64,000 nucleotides of DNA from an uncultured Planctomycetota bacterium. Lineage in GTDB: Bacteria; Planctomycetota; Planctomycetia; Pirellulales; Thermoguttaceae. The notes below the pieces were generated by a model. The model ran no database searches and had not been told where the DNA came from. It saw only the letters and a list, made by a program, of their open reading frames with translations. The stretch is from NCBI GenBank assembly GCA_963733145.1, contig CAVTCJ010000003.1:222896-286895 (forward strand), written 5' to 3'. Positions within the stretch are counted from its first letter, which is position 1; each line of letters begins with the position of its first letter. Of the stretch, positions 9,961 through 19,750 are shown one piece after another. A program made the translations under genes and the position numbers.

Positions 9961-10860
9961 ATGCGTCATACCCAGTGTGAGATAACCCTTGTCTTTCTGC
10001 TGGCATTGGTCTCGGCCGGCTGCCGATTGCCCGGCCGCGAGGGGCCGGTGCCGCAATCCCTGGCCGATTGCCGGCGTCTTTCGCGGCAAGGCGTGGCGGC
10101 GTTGGAGCGTGGCCGGCAGCAGACTGCCGAAACGATGTTGGCCCAGGCCGTGACCGCTTGTCCGGTCGACGCCGAGGCCCGGCGCCATTATGCCGATTCG
10201 CTCTGGCAGCGCGGCGCGCGAGCGGAAGCGATTGCCCAAATGGAAGAGGCCGTGCGGCTGGCCGATGAAGACGCGTCGTTTTCCGTCCGTTTGGCGGAGA
10301 TGTACTCGGCCGACGGCCGCGCGGCGCTGGCCCGCGAGAGCGCCGACCGGGCAATCGATCTCGATCCGAAATTGCCGGGGGCCTGGGCCGTGCGGGGCGG
10401 AGTCCTGCGGTCGCTCGGTCAGCCCCGCGAAGCCCTTGCCGATTACCTCCGCGCCCTGGGCCAGGCCCCCGAGGACAGGGAGATTCTGCTGGCGGTCGCC
10501 GAGTTGTATCGTCGCTTGAACGAGCCTCGCCGCGCGCTGCAAACCTTGCAGGGATTGGCCGAAACCTACTCGCCCGGCGAAGAGCCGGGGCAGGTGCTGT
10601 ATCTGATGGGCTCGGCGTATCTCGCCGTGGGGCGCTACGACGACGCCGTGGAGAGTCTGGCGGCGGCCGTGACCCGCGGGAAACCGACCGCGGAAATGTA
10701 TTGCCGGCTGGGCGAGGCCCAACTGGCGGCCGGCCGGCCCGAGGAGGCCGGCGCCGCGGCGCGGCAAGCCCTGAAATTGCAGCCGGACTATAAGCCCGGC
10801 GCCGAGCTGTTGCAGCGGATCGAAGTCGCCCGGCGGCCGTCGGCGGCAGCGGTGAAGTAA
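9961..10860 (+). CDS. TPR-repeat lipoprotein
   Basis: Lipobox LVSAGC after MRHTQCEITLVFLLA; repeated TPR-like segments (AEARRHYADSLWQRG, AVRGGVLRSLGQPREALADYLRAL, YLMGSAYLAVGRYDDAVESL). Confidence 0.8.
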   Translation: MRHTQCEITLVFLLALVSAGCRLPGREGPVPQSLADCRRLSRQGVAALERGRQQTAETMLAQAVTACPVDAEARRHYADSLWQRGARAEAIAQMEEAVRLADEDASFSVRLAEMYSADGRAALARESADRAIDLDPKLPGAWAVRGGVLRSLGQPREALADYLRALGQAPEDREILLAVAELYRRLNEPRRALQTLQGLAETYSPGEEPGQVLYLMGSAYLAVGRYDDAVESLAAAVTRGKPTAEMYCRLGEAQLAAGRPEEAGAAARQALKLQPDYKPGAELLQRIEVARRPSAAAVK

Positions 10861-11140
10861 GAAGAGCGAAGAGAGAAGAGGGAAGAGAGAGGAGCGAGTT
10901 GGTGCGTAGGGTGGGGCAAGCGAAGCGCGGTCCCACCAATAACGGGGAAAATGGTGGTGGGACCGCGCTTCGCTTGCCCCACCCTACTCTCCGCAGCAGG
11001 GGCAAAGCAAGGAAGAGAGAGGAGCGAGTTGGTGCAAAGCGGCGTAAAAGATGATTTGAAGCAAGAGGGGCGGTCGCCGAGCGGTGAGCTGTCACCCGGT
11101 AGTCGCTCTTCCCTCTTCTCTCTTCCCTCTTCCGTCCTTT
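10860..11140. repeat. composite repeat block: GA-rich tracts flanking an 82-bp GTAGGGTGGG palindrome, with a TC-rich inverted copy
   Basis: gaagagcgaagagagaagagggaagagagaggagcgagttggtgc occurs at 10860 and partially at 11005; its reverse complement at 11100-11135. Perfect palindrome gtagggtggggcaagcgaagcgcggtcccacc..ggtgggaccgcgcttcgcttgccccaccctac at 10906-10987. Confidence 0.6.
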
Positions 11141-12843
11141 CCATCAACGCCTTGGCCCTGCTAACCGCGGCGGTGTTCCTCCGTTTCTACGCCCTGGGCA
11201 CGATTCCCGGCTTCAACGGCGACGAGGGGTGGTACGGCGTTCGGGCCTGGGAGATGTTCCGCGGCGGGGCCGGCGATTGGAATACGCCCACCGGCAATCC
11301 GTTGAACCCGTTGTTCGTCGGCCCGTTGGCGCTGCTGCATTTGTGGTTGCCACCTTCGCTGTGGTTGTTGCGGGCGGCGGCCTTGGCCAGCGGAATCGCC
11401 GCCTTGGCGATCAACTGGCTGATGTGCCGCTGGGTATTCGACCGGCGGACGGCGGCGATCTCGACGGTCGTGCTGGCCGTGCTGCCGATCGACATCGCCT
11501 ACAGCCGTTTCGCCTGGGACGCCTGCCAGTCGTTGGCTGCCACGTTGCCGGTGGTCTATTTCTCGCTGGCGGCGGTCCGGTTTCCCGAGCGCTTCGGCCG
11601 CTGGATAGCGGCGGCGATTCTCGCCCAGGCGGTCGCCCTGTGGGTGCATCCGACCAATGTTTTTGTCGGCGCGGCGATTGCCGCCGCGTGCGCGGCCCGG
11701 CTCTTGGCGCGGAAACCGAGCGCCCGCGGCGGCGAATTCGCCACGCAACTGTTTAGCGGCCGTCGGTACGACGGTCTGTCGGCGCTGCTGCTGGCCGTGG
11801 CCGGATCGGCGGTGCTGGCCTGGGTGTTGGTCGCCGGCGGCGCCAAAGGGGCCGTCTGGGAACAGGTCGCGCGGTACTCTGGCAACCTCCGCGATGCAGC
11901 CCGGGCGAGCTATCTTTATCCGCAACTGTTCACCGGCGGAACGGTTTATCGCGACATTGCCGGCTCGCGGTCCTGGATCGAAGGCCGAGGAATCGACGTG
12001 GCCCTGTTCTGGGCCTGCGTGCTCGGCTCGGCGTGGATCATCCGGATGAGCTTCTCGCGATTTCGCGAACAGGGAGGGGGAGAAGAGAGAGGGGAGAAGA
12101 GTGAAGAGAGAAGAGCGAAGAGCGAAGAGCGAAAAGACGCGACTTACCGCTTGCGGTTTCGCAGGTGCGACGCAGTTCTCCTGGCCGCCTGGGCGATGAC
12201 GCTGGCGGCGTTCGTGGTTCTCGCCGGTCCCGACGCGCTGCTCCCCGGCCAGGAGCGGTTTGCCGTCTGTCTGATTGGGCCGACCGTGCTGCTGGTGGCC
12301 CGGGGTGGGGCATTGGCTTGGAAGGCCGCCGCGCCGAAATGGCGACTCGCGCTGGCGTTCGCGGCCCTAGCCGGTTGGCCCCTGCTGGCCGACTTCTACG
12401 TCCATTACTTCCGCTTCATCGAGCAAACCGGCGGCCAGGCGCATCTGACGTTCCGCGCCGCGGAGGTCGAACCGAAGCAGGCGGCATTGCGATACATCCT
12501 CGCCGACGCCGCCCGGCGGGGGACCGAGCAGAACAATCCGCGCGAACTGTGGATCGTCGCCTCCCAATGGTGGATTTGCCAGCCGATCCGCTATCTGGCC
12601 CTCGGCGGACACGATGTTCACGTGGCGTTGCCGGACGAGGCCCGCTCGTCGGTTGAGTATCGCCGGGCGCTCGCCGACGGGGACGTGTGGTTCGTCGAGT
12701 TTTCCGGCACAAAGGAATTGCGGCAAGTGGAGCGGGAACTGGCCGGCCGACATCCCACGCGGCAGGAGTTCCTCGATTTCGGCCGCCGCCCGGTGATCTG
12801 CGTACTCCACGCGGAGGGCGTTTCCGGCGTTGTTCCGCATTGA
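11029..12843 (+). CDS. PMT/ArnT-family (GT39/GT83-like) membrane glycosyltransferase, with in-frame GA-repeat-encoded EERGEKSEERRAKSEERK insert
   Basis: LLTAAVFLRFYALGTIPGFNGDEGWYGVRAWEM is the family N-terminal motif; >10 predicted TM helices. Start uncertain (TTG/GTG candidates 11029-11068); the ORF track starts at 10951 inside the palindromic repeat. Confidence 0.75.
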   Translation: MVQSGVKDDLKQEGRSPSGELSPGSRSSLFSLPSSVLSINALALLTAAVFLRFYALGTIPGFNGDEGWYGVRAWEMFRGGAGDWNTPTGNPLNPLFVGPLALLHLWLPPSLWLLRAAALASGIAALAINWLMCRWVFDRRTAAISTVVLAVLPIDIAYSRFAWDACQSLAATLPVVYFSLAAVRFPERFGRWIAAAILAQAVALWVHPTNVFVGAAIAAACAARLLARKPSARGGEFATQLFSGRRYDGLSALLLAVAGSAVLAWVLVAGGAKGAVWEQVARYSGNLRDAARASYLYPQLFTGGTVYRDIAGSRSWIEGRGIDVALFWACVLGSAWIIRMSFSRFREQGGGEERGEKSEERRAKSEERKDATYRLRFRRCDAVLLAAWAMTLAAFVVLAGPDALLPGQERFAVCLIGPTVLLVARGGALAWKAAAPKWRLALAFAALAGWPLLADFYVHYFRFIEQTGGQAHLTFRAAEVEPKQAALRYILADAARRGTEQNNPRELWIVASQWWICQPIRYLALGGHDVHVALPDEARSSVEYRRALADGDVWFVEFSGTKELRQVERELAGRHPTRQEFLDFGRRPVICVLHAEGVSGVVPH

Positions 12844-13054
12844 CTGCATGAGAAGAAACGCCCCGCGACTGTGGTCGCGGGTGGGCGAAACGGTACGTTT
12901 GCCCGCGGAATCGTTACAATCGTTTCCCCTCCTCGTTTGCCCATTGCGGCGGAGTATTGCGGCGGAAAAACCGCCCGGCCTCGATTCCTGGGGTAAGATT
13001 AAGTGGAAGGTTCCAACGATCACGAATAGGTAGCGCTTTACGAGGAGTAAAGGA

Positions 13055-13303
13055 ATGTCGCAAACCATGGAGTCTCCGATGACGGGGAGCGCCGGACCGT
13101 TTTTCGATCGCCGCGGACCAGCGGGCATCGAGCCGATGCCGGGCGTCGAGCGGAGACAGTTCGGCAACTCGCACGACGATCTCTCGCCGGAGGCCGCCGA
13201 GTTGGCCCAGGCCGTCGACCAGTACAAGCTTCTTCACCGCCGCCGCTTTGTCACCTTCGAGGAGATCTTGGGGGTGGTCAAGTCGCTGGGCTACCATCGG
13301 TAA
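13055..13303 (+). CDS. hypothetical small protein (82 aa)
   Basis: RBS aggagtaaaggaatg; no detectable domain. Confidence 0.45.
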   Translation: MSQTMESPMTGSAGPFFDRRGPAGIEPMPGVERRQFGNSHDDLSPEAAELAQAVDQYKLLHRRRFVTFEEILGVVKSLGYHR

Positions 13304-13324
13304 ACCGGCGTCTGTTGCGGATTG

Positions 13325-13406
13325 TAGGGTGGGACAAGCGCAGCGCAGTCCCACCAAGCTGTTGGCCGTAATTTGGTGGGACCGCGCTGCGCTTGTCCCA
13401 CCCTAC
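13325..13406. repeat. 82-bp GTAGGGTGGG palindromic element (copy 2)
   Basis: gtagggtgggacaagcgcagcgcagtcccacc..ggtgggaccgcgctgcgcttgtcccaccctac. Confidence 0.65.
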
Positions 13407-13426
13407 AAATCTCGGCCACCGACAGG

Positions 13427-15237
13427 TCACTCGTCGATGGTCGTCCGCCCGGTGGCCACGTCGAACTCGCAGATGGCCGGCACCAGCATCGCCGCGGTGG
13501 TGAAACCGTAGGCGGCGACCACCGCCAGCAACGCCGCCAGCGGCGAAGGGGGCGCCATCAGGTAGCTGGTGATGGCGTAGAACGTGGCGATGGGGCAAAA
13601 AAACGAGGCCACGCCGATGGCCGTCGACGGATTGCGGGCGCCCAGCACGGCGTACAGCCCCGCCCCGCCAAACACCATGAAGGCCACGAACGGCAGCAAC
13701 TGCGCCTGAACGAACCGCTGAAGGCCATCATAATTCTCATGCACACCGCCACGCCGATCAGCAGGAAGAAGACGGTTCCCAGGCTGGTGGCCACGGCCAC
13801 GCCCGAGTTGGCGTAGGTCATGCCGGCGTGCAGGCCCAGCGTGGCCACGAAGAGATACATCACCGCCAGTCCGACGAGGACGTAGAGCAGATATTCGAGG
13901 CTCAGCATACCGGCCAGCCACAGCCCCACGCAGAGCAGCATCGGCAGCAGCACCATTTCCTTGGTGTTGTAGAACGCCCCGCCCAGCTTGCCGAAGACGA
14001 TCTCCTTGGGTGTCAAGTCGGTCACCAGCAGCAGGTCCAGCGCCCGGGCGTCGCGCTCGCTGGTCAGCGAGGTCACGGCCTGGGCGTTGACCAGCACCAG
14101 GCTCAACAGCACCAGAGCGGCCAGCACCAGCGGGCCTTGGTCGGCCGACAGCCCGCCGGAGACCATCAAGTAGAAGCTGCCCGCCGCCAGGGCGAAGAGC
14201 ACGAGATAGGCCAGCCGTATCACAAGCATCTTGCGCCCGTAGGCCCAGGTCCGCATCTCCCGCCAGATCACTGGATTGTCCCAGACATGCCGGGACGCTT
14301 TGAGGGGAGAGGGGAGAGGGGAGAGTGGAGAGGGGAGATTCGATTCCTGCCCTGCCTCCAGCCCCTCATCCCTCATCCCTCTTCCCTCTCCCCTCTTCTC
14401 CCCTCGCTCTTCCCCCCGCACAATCTCCCGCGACGGGTTCCACACCCGCACCATTGCCACGGCCAAGCCGTCGAGCAACAACGAAGCTCCCACGGCGACG
14501 ACGAGGAACAGATTGACGGGCGTGCCCAGCGGCCCCAGCGCCGGCTGGTCGTAGACGTAAGGCCGCGCGGCCTCGAGGATCGCCTGCCACGGGCTGATTC
14601 CGGCGGCCAGCGCGCGGCAAGGCAGGCCGCCGAATTGATCTCCCAACACGCCGGCGGCGACGATTTCGCCGGCGGCCAGCCAAGCCACCAAGACCAGCAC
14701 GGTCAGGGCCAGCGCCTGAAAGGTCTTCTCGCGCCACAAGGCCAGCAGCGAGCCGAGGCTGCCGCAGACCAGGACCGCGGCCAGGGTGACGGCCATCGCC
14801 CGGGCGATCTGACCGTAGGACACGCCGCCCAACAGCGCGGCCAGCAGGAACACCGGCAGGGCGGCGGCTAACATCACCAAAACATTCAGCAGGCTCGCCA
14901 GCAGCTTGCCCAGCACCAATTCGCTGTTGGACAGGTTGGTCAGTAACAGCAAGATCAGGGTGCGGCGGTCCTTCTCGTGGGCCACCTCGCTGGCCGCCAA
15001 CAAGGCCGAAAAGAAGATCGCCAAGGCCAACTGCAAGGGGGCCAGAATCTGAAACAGGATCGTGCCGAACCGGGCCAGATCGCCCACGTCCCGGACCATC
15101 TGCGTCCCCGTCAATACCAGCCAGGCCGTGCTCATCAGCACCAACAGCCCCAGCGGGTAGGCCGCCCGGGCGACGTACAGCTTCGTCCGCCGCGGGACTA
15201 TCGCCAGTTCGCGCGTAAATACCGGACCGATCAACAC
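13427..15237 (-). CDS. ABC-2 family transporter permease with two membrane domains, in-frame GA/TC-repeat insertion, one apparent frameshift near 13745
   Basis: Two blocks of 6 TM helices; linker RGEERGEKRGEGRGMRDEGLEAGQESNLPSPLSPLPSPL encoded by repeat at 14285-14420; C-terminus continues in ORF 13427-13921 (ENYDGLQRFVQAQLLPFVAFMVFGG...). Confidence 0.7.
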
Positions 15238-15257
15238 GATGAATCTCTCCGCCGGAC

Positions 15258-15340
15258 GTAGGGTGGGTCAGTCGCAGCGCTGCCCCACCGTCTGTTTTCG
15301 CCGATTTGGTGGGGCTCGCGCTGCGCTTGACCCACCCTAC
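15258..15340. repeat. 82-bp GTAGGGTGGG palindromic element (copy 3)
   Basis: gtagggtgggtcagtcgcagcgctgccccacc..ggtggggctcgcgctgcgcttgacccaccctac. Confidence 0.65.
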
Positions 15341-15435
15341 GCGATTCCTGTCCGCAGTATACGAACTTGCTATCCAAACACCATCTTACCAGAATCGATC
15401 CCCGAGGTGGAGTACGCTCTTGGGAGGAGCCGGTT

Positions 15436-15519
15436 TGTTTAGCCCCGGCGTCCACGCCGGGAGGAAAACGTCAAAATACCGATGCGTTCCTGCGCCCGGC
15501 GTGGACGCCGGGGCTAAAC
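15436..15519. repeat. REP-like inverted pair (GTTTAGCCCCGGCGTCCACGCCGGG ... CCCGGCGTGGACGCCGGGGCTAAAC)
   Basis: Identical family to 6394-6475 and 8797-8879. Confidence 0.65.
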
Positions 15520-15542
15520 GAATGCCGTCTGAATGATCCGCA

Positions 15543-17087
15543 CTATCCGCACGACGGCAACGTGCCCGGCGGCAGAAACGCGATGTACGCCGAACTCTCG
15601 ATCAAGCTCTGCGCCGCTTCGATGTCGGGCGAGAACCAGCGGTCGCGGTCGTAAAACGGGACCTTGCCGCGCAACAGCGACTTGGCCTCCTCCAGCCGGG
15701 GCGACGTTTTCAGCGGGGCCCGGAAATCCAAGCCCTGCGCGGCCGCCAACATCTCGACGGCCAGGATGCCCGCCGTGTTCGCGGCCATGTCGCCCAGCCG
15801 CCGGGCGGCGAACGCGGCCATCGAAACATGGTCCTCCTGGTTCGCCGAGGTCGGCATGCTATCGACCGACGCCGGATGGGCCAGCGTCTTGTTCTCGCTG
15901 GCCAACGCCGCGGCCGTCACCTGGGCGATCATGAACCCCGAGTTCAAACCGCCGTTCTCGACCAGAAACGGCGGCAGCTTCGAGAGCGTCGCGTCGATCA
16001 GCAGGGCGATCCGCCGCTCGGACAAGGCCCCGATCTCGGCGATGGCCAGCGCCAGGTTGTCGGCGGCGAAGGCCACCGGCTCGGCGTGAAAGTTTCCGCC
16101 CGAGAGGATTTCGTTGTCCTCGGCAAAAACCAGCGGGTTGTCGGAAACCGCGTTGGCCTCGACCAACAACGTTGCGGCGGCCTGGCGGATTTGCGCCAGG
16201 CAGGCCCCCATCACCTGCGGCTGGCAGCGGAGCGAATACGGGTCCTGCACCTTCTCGCAGTGCAGATGCGACTGTCCGATCTCGCTCTGCTCGCCGAGCA
16301 TATAGCGATAAGCCGCGGCCGCGTCGATCTGACCCGTCTGACCGCGGGCGGCGTGAATCCGGGCGTCGAAAGGGACGCGGCTGCCGCGGGCCGCCTCGAC
16401 CGACGCGGCCCCGGCCACCACGGCCGCGGCGAAGAGGTCCTCCGCCCGGAATAAGCCCTCCAAGGCCATTGCGGTCGAGGCCTGCGTGCCGTTCAACAGG
16501 GCGAGACCTTCCTTCGGGGCCAGCGTGATCGGCGCGAGCCCGGCGATTTTCAGGGCTTCAACACCTGGGACGCGTCGGCCTTGGTGCAGGGCCGCGCCCT
16601 CGCCCAGCAACACCAAGGACATGTGCGCCAGCGGGGCCAGGTCGCCGGACGCCCCGCACGAGCCTTTTTGCGGGATGCAGGGATAGACCTCGGCCCGCAG
16701 CAGTTTTACCAGTGCGTCGATCACCGTCCGGCGAACGCCCGAGCGGCCCAGGGCCAGGCTGTTGATTTTGAGCGTCATCAGCAGCCGGGTTTGGGCCTCG
16801 CTCATCGTCGGACCAACGCCGGCGGCGTGCGAGAGCACCAGACTCCGCTGCAAGAGTTCCAATTCCTCGGACGAAATGTGCTGTTGCGCCAGCAGTCCGA
16901 AGCCGGTGTTCACGCCGTAGACGGTTCGCCCTTCGGCGATGACCCGCGCGACGGTGGCCGCGGCCGCATCGATGGCGGTGAAACAGTTCGGATCGAGTTC
17001 AACATCGGCCGCTTCCCGCCACACACGGCGGAGATCGGCGAGGGTCAGCGTTCCGGGCAATAAAGTCAGTTTCATTCCAGGTTTCAT
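15543..17087 (-). CDS. hutH: histidine ammonia-lyase
   Basis: 514 aa; MIO-forming ASGD motif context ([16 protein letters not shown]); full-length PAL/HAL family. Confidence 0.95.
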   Translation of the reverse strand: MKPGMKLTLLPGTLTLADLRRVWREAADVELDPNCFTAIDAAAATVARVIAEGRTVYGVNTGFGLLAQQHISSEELELLQRSLVLSHAAGVGPTMSEAQTRLLMTLKINSLALGRSGVRRTVIDALVKLLRAEVYPCIPQKGSCGASGDLAPLAHMSLVLLGEGAALHQGRRVPGVEALKIAGLAPITLAPKEGLALLNGTQASTAMALEGLFRAEDLFAAAVVAGAASVEAARGSRVPFDARIHAARGQTGQIDAAAAYRYMLGEQSEIGQSHLHCEKVQDPYSLRCQPQVMGACLAQIRQAAATLLVEANAVSDNPLVFAEDNEILSGGNFHAEPVAFAADNLALAIAEIGALSERRIALLIDATLSKLPPFLVENGGLNSGFMIAQVTAAALASENKTLAHPASVDSMPTSANQEDHVSMAAFAARRLGDMAANTAGILAVEMLAAAQGLDFRAPLKTSPRLEEAKSLLRGKVPFYDRDRWFSPDIEAAQSLIESSAYIAFLPPGTLPSCG

Positions 17088-17283
17088 TTTCCTTCAGAAA
17101 TCACCGGCACGGCAGCGAGTATTCAAAGAGGGCCATTCATGGCCCTTGTCCGCCGCAGGCGGTATTAGGCCCGACGTTCACGTCGGGTGAGCGGGGAGAC
17201 GTACACGTTTCGATTATCTCATGTTCGATTGGATTTGTCAGTCTCGTTTGCGAGCGATTTTGGGCCGAAGGCCCTCCGGTTCA

Positions 17284-17436
17284 CCCAGCCCAGGGCAGCG
17301 CCCTGGGAAAGGGTGTAGTCGCGTCAATTTCGCGCCGGCCCAACGGGCCAACCGTTCCCGAGGGCGATGTGTTGGCCCGTTGGGCCGATACGATCTTCTC
17401 GCCCTCCCGCATACCCAGGGCGGCGCCCTGGGCTGG
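17284..17436. repeat. nested palindromic element between hutU and hutH (outer IR CCCAGCCCAGGGCAGCGCCCTGGG, inner IR GGCCCAACGGGCCAA)
   Basis: Outer arms at 17284-17307 and 17413-17436; inner arms at 17338-17352 and 17371-17385. Confidence 0.5.
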
Positions 17437-17484
17437 GAGAACAGCCGCCCCTTTGGGGTTGCAAACGGCTATAGCGTTACGAAA

Positions 17485-17649
17485 TCATGATTCTCCCCGC
17501 ATGATTGTCCCCAAACGTCTTTGCGCGGGAGTGAGCTTCGGTGATTTGTTCAATTCCTTCCGGAAAGCCAACTGCTGTTCGGGCGTCAATTTGATGGCGG
17601 TTTCGATCGTCGTCGACTTCATCTTTCTCGAAGAACCGGATTTCTTCAT
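17485..17649 (-). CDS. small Lys-rich protein (54 aa) with two LTPxQ motifs; not in the supplied ORF track (<60 aa)
   Basis: ggag RBS 8 nt upstream of ATG; translation MKKSGSSRKMKSTTIETAIKLTPEQQLAFRKELNKSPKLTPAQRRLGTIMRGES; lies between hutU and hutH on the same strand. Confidence 0.35.
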   Translation of the reverse strand: MKKSGSSRKMKSTTIETAIKLTPEQQLAFRKELNKSPKLTPAQRRLGTIMRGES

Positions 17650-17698
17650 CGCGTATACTCCTTATCGCAACCCTCGATCATAGCGGCCACCGTTTCCA

Positions 17699-19390
17699 TC
17701 ACTCCACCATCGGCAAATCCAGCCCGTTCTCCTTGGCGCACTCGACGGCCTCCTCGTAGCCGGCGTCGGCGTGGCGCATTACGCCGCTGCCGGGGTCGTT
17801 CCAGAGGACGCGGGCCAGCCGGCGGGCGGCGGCCGCGGTGCCATCGGCCACGATCACCAGCCCGGCGTGTTGACTGAAGCCGATGCCCACCCCGCCGCCG
17901 TGATGGAAGCTGACCCAGGTGGCCCCGCCCGCCGTGTTCAACAGGGCGTTCAGCAGCGGCCAGTCGGAAACGGCGTCCGAGCCGTCGCGCATCCCTTCCG
18001 TCTCGCGGTTGGGACTGGCCACCGAGCCGGAATCGAGGTGGTCGCGGCCGATCACGATCGGCGCCTGCAACTCGCCGCCGGCCACCATTTCGTTGAACGC
18101 CAGCCCGAGCCGGGCGCGGTCCTTCAGCCCGATCCAGCAAATCCGCGACGGCAGCCCCTGGAAATGAATTCGCTCGCGGGCCATGTCCAGCCAGCGGTGC
18201 AGGTGCGGATCGTCCGGCAGCAGCTCCTTGACCTTGGCGTCGGTGCGGTAGATGTCCTCCGGCTCGCCGGAGAGCGCCACCCAGCGGAACGGGCCCACGC
18301 CGCGGCAGAACAACGGGCGGATGTAGGCCGGCACGAAACCGGGGAAGTCGAAGGCGTTGGCGACGCCCTCGTCCTTGGCCACCTGCCGGATGTTGTTGCC
18401 GTAGTCGAAGGTGATCGCGCCGCGTGTTTGCAGATCGAGCATCGCCCGGACGTGGACGGCGATCGAGGCCTGCGCCGCGATGATGACCGCCTGCGGATCG
18501 GACTTTCGCGTCGCGGCGGCTTGCTCCAAGGTCCAGCCGGCCGGCAGGTATCCGTTCAGCGGATCGTGGGCGCTGGTCTGATCGGTCAACAGGTCGGGCA
18601 CGATGCCGCGGCGAACGATCTCGGGCAGCACCTCGGCGCAGTTGCCCAGCAGGCCGACGGAGATCGCTTTGCGCTGCCGGCAGGCGTTTTGGATCAATTC
18701 GAGCGCCTCGTCGAGCGAGTCGGCGCGGCGGTCGAGGTATCCGGTTTCCAAGCGGCGTTGGATTCTGCTCGGGTCGCATTCGACGGCGAGCATCGCGGCG
18801 CCGGCCATGGTGGCGGCCAGGGGCTGCGCACCGCCCATGCCGCCCAGTCCGCCGGTGAGGATCCAGCGTCCGGCCAGCTCGCCGCCGAAGTGTTTCTTGC
18901 CCGCCTCGACGAAGGTCTCGTAGGTGCCCTGGATGATGCCCTGGGTGCCGATGTAGATCCAGGAGCCGGCGGTCATCTGGCCGTACATCATCAGTCCGCG
19001 GCGGTCGAGCTCGTGGAAGTGCTCCCAGTTGGCCCAGTGCGGGACGAGGTTCGAGTTGGCGATGAGCACCCGGGGTGCGTCCGGGTGGGTTTTGAACACG
19101 CCCACCGGCTTGCCCGACTGCACGAGCAGCGTTTCGTCGTCCTCCAGGCGGCGAAGGGTTTCGACGATTTTGTCGAAGCACTGCCAATCGCGGGCGGCCC
19201 GACCCATGCCGCCGTAGACGACCAGTTCGGCGGGCCGCTCGGCGACTTCCGGGTCGAGATTGTTCATTATCATCCGCAGCGGGGCTTCGGTGAGCCAGCT
19301 CTTCGCGGACAGTTCCGTGCCCCGCGGGGCGCGAATTTTACGGGCGGGGTCGTTGCGGTTGGATGTGGACATTAAGAATCTCACTCTCAA
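17699..19390 (-). CDS. hutU: urocanate hydratase
   Basis: 563 aa, full-length urocanase; NAD-binding [13 protein letters not shown] motif. Confidence 0.95.
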   Translation of the reverse strand: MRVRFLMSTSNRNDPARKIRAPRGTELSAKSWLTEAPLRMIMNNLDPEVAERPAELVVYGGMGRAARDWQCFDKIVETLRRLEDDETLLVQSGKPVGVFKTHPDAPRVLIANSNLVPHWANWEHFHELDRRGLMMYGQMTAGSWIYIGTQGIIQGTYETFVEAGKKHFGGELAGRWILTGGLGGMGGAQPLAATMAGAAMLAVECDPSRIQRRLETGYLDRRADSLDEALELIQNACRQRKAISVGLLGNCAEVLPEIVRRGIVPDLLTDQTSAHDPLNGYLPAGWTLEQAAATRKSDPQAVIIAAQASIAVHVRAMLDLQTRGAITFDYGNNIRQVAKDEGVANAFDFPGFVPAYIRPLFCRGVGPFRWVALSGEPEDIYRTDAKVKELLPDDPHLHRWLDMARERIHFQGLPSRICWIGLKDRARLGLAFNEMVAGGELQAPIVIGRDHLDSGSVASPNRETEGMRDGSDAVSDWPLLNALLNTAGGATWVSFHHGGGVGIGFSQHAGLVIVADGTAAAARRLARVLWNDPGSGVMRHADAGYEEAVECAKENGLDLPMVE

Positions 19391-19421
19391 TTTTCAGGAG
19401 GATTTGATTCGCGTGGCACTA

Positions 19422-19451
19422 TATTGGCACGAGACCTTGGAAAATGATATA
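19422..19451 (+). promoter_or_regulatory. sigma70-like promoter TTGGCA-N18-TATAAT immediately upstream of the antitoxin ATG (near-leaderless)
   Basis: ttggcacgagaccttggaaaatgatataat; ATG at 19460. Confidence 0.4.
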
Positions 19452-19459
19452 ATAAAAGC

Positions 19460-19750
19460 ATGAAGGATTTTGGAAAAGGGCCGACGTTGATTGAGTCGAA
19501 TCCGTGGCTTCGGAATGAGGCGGAGCGTATCGAACGGATTCTGGATGTGACCAATCGCAACAGCGTCATTGAAGGCTTGCCCCCCCTTACGGCAGAGGTT
19601 CTTGATGCTTTGCGTCGAGAACTTGCTGCTGATGGCGAGCATCTTCAAGTGCACCGGCGGATGAGAATGGTCATCGGGGCATATTCTCGCTGGAAAGCCT
19701 CTTTTGCCGCTTCGATGTATAGACGCCGTCCCTCCTCGCTCAGGTCGTAA
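19460..19750 (+). CDS. VbhA-like Fic antitoxin carrying the S-x-x-x-E-G inhibitory motif (conserved part ~19460-19655)
   Basis: NRNSVIEGLPPLTAEVLDAL matches the (S/T)xxxE(G/N) Fic-inhibition helix of class I antitoxins; small size; convergent with and overlapping the 3' end of fic. Confidence 0.55.
   Translation: MKDFGKGPTLIESNPWLRNEAERIERILDVTNRNSVIEGLPPLTAEVLDALRRELAADGEHLQVHRRMRMVIGAYSRWKASFAASMYRRRPSSLRS

Noticed and set aside
12367-13227. 286-aa minus-strand ORF
   Set aside because: Lies antisense to the PMT-family glycosyltransferase and the downstream spacer; composition is Arg/Gly/Pro-rich with no motifs.
19394-19645. Extension of the Fic N-terminal frame to 19394 (294-aa ORF)
   Set aside because: After the frameshift point the frame-1 translation (GNPSLPRRKRPHHQAGRRFAG...) is low-complexity and unconserved; the Fic motif and C-terminus are in the other frame ending at 19645.
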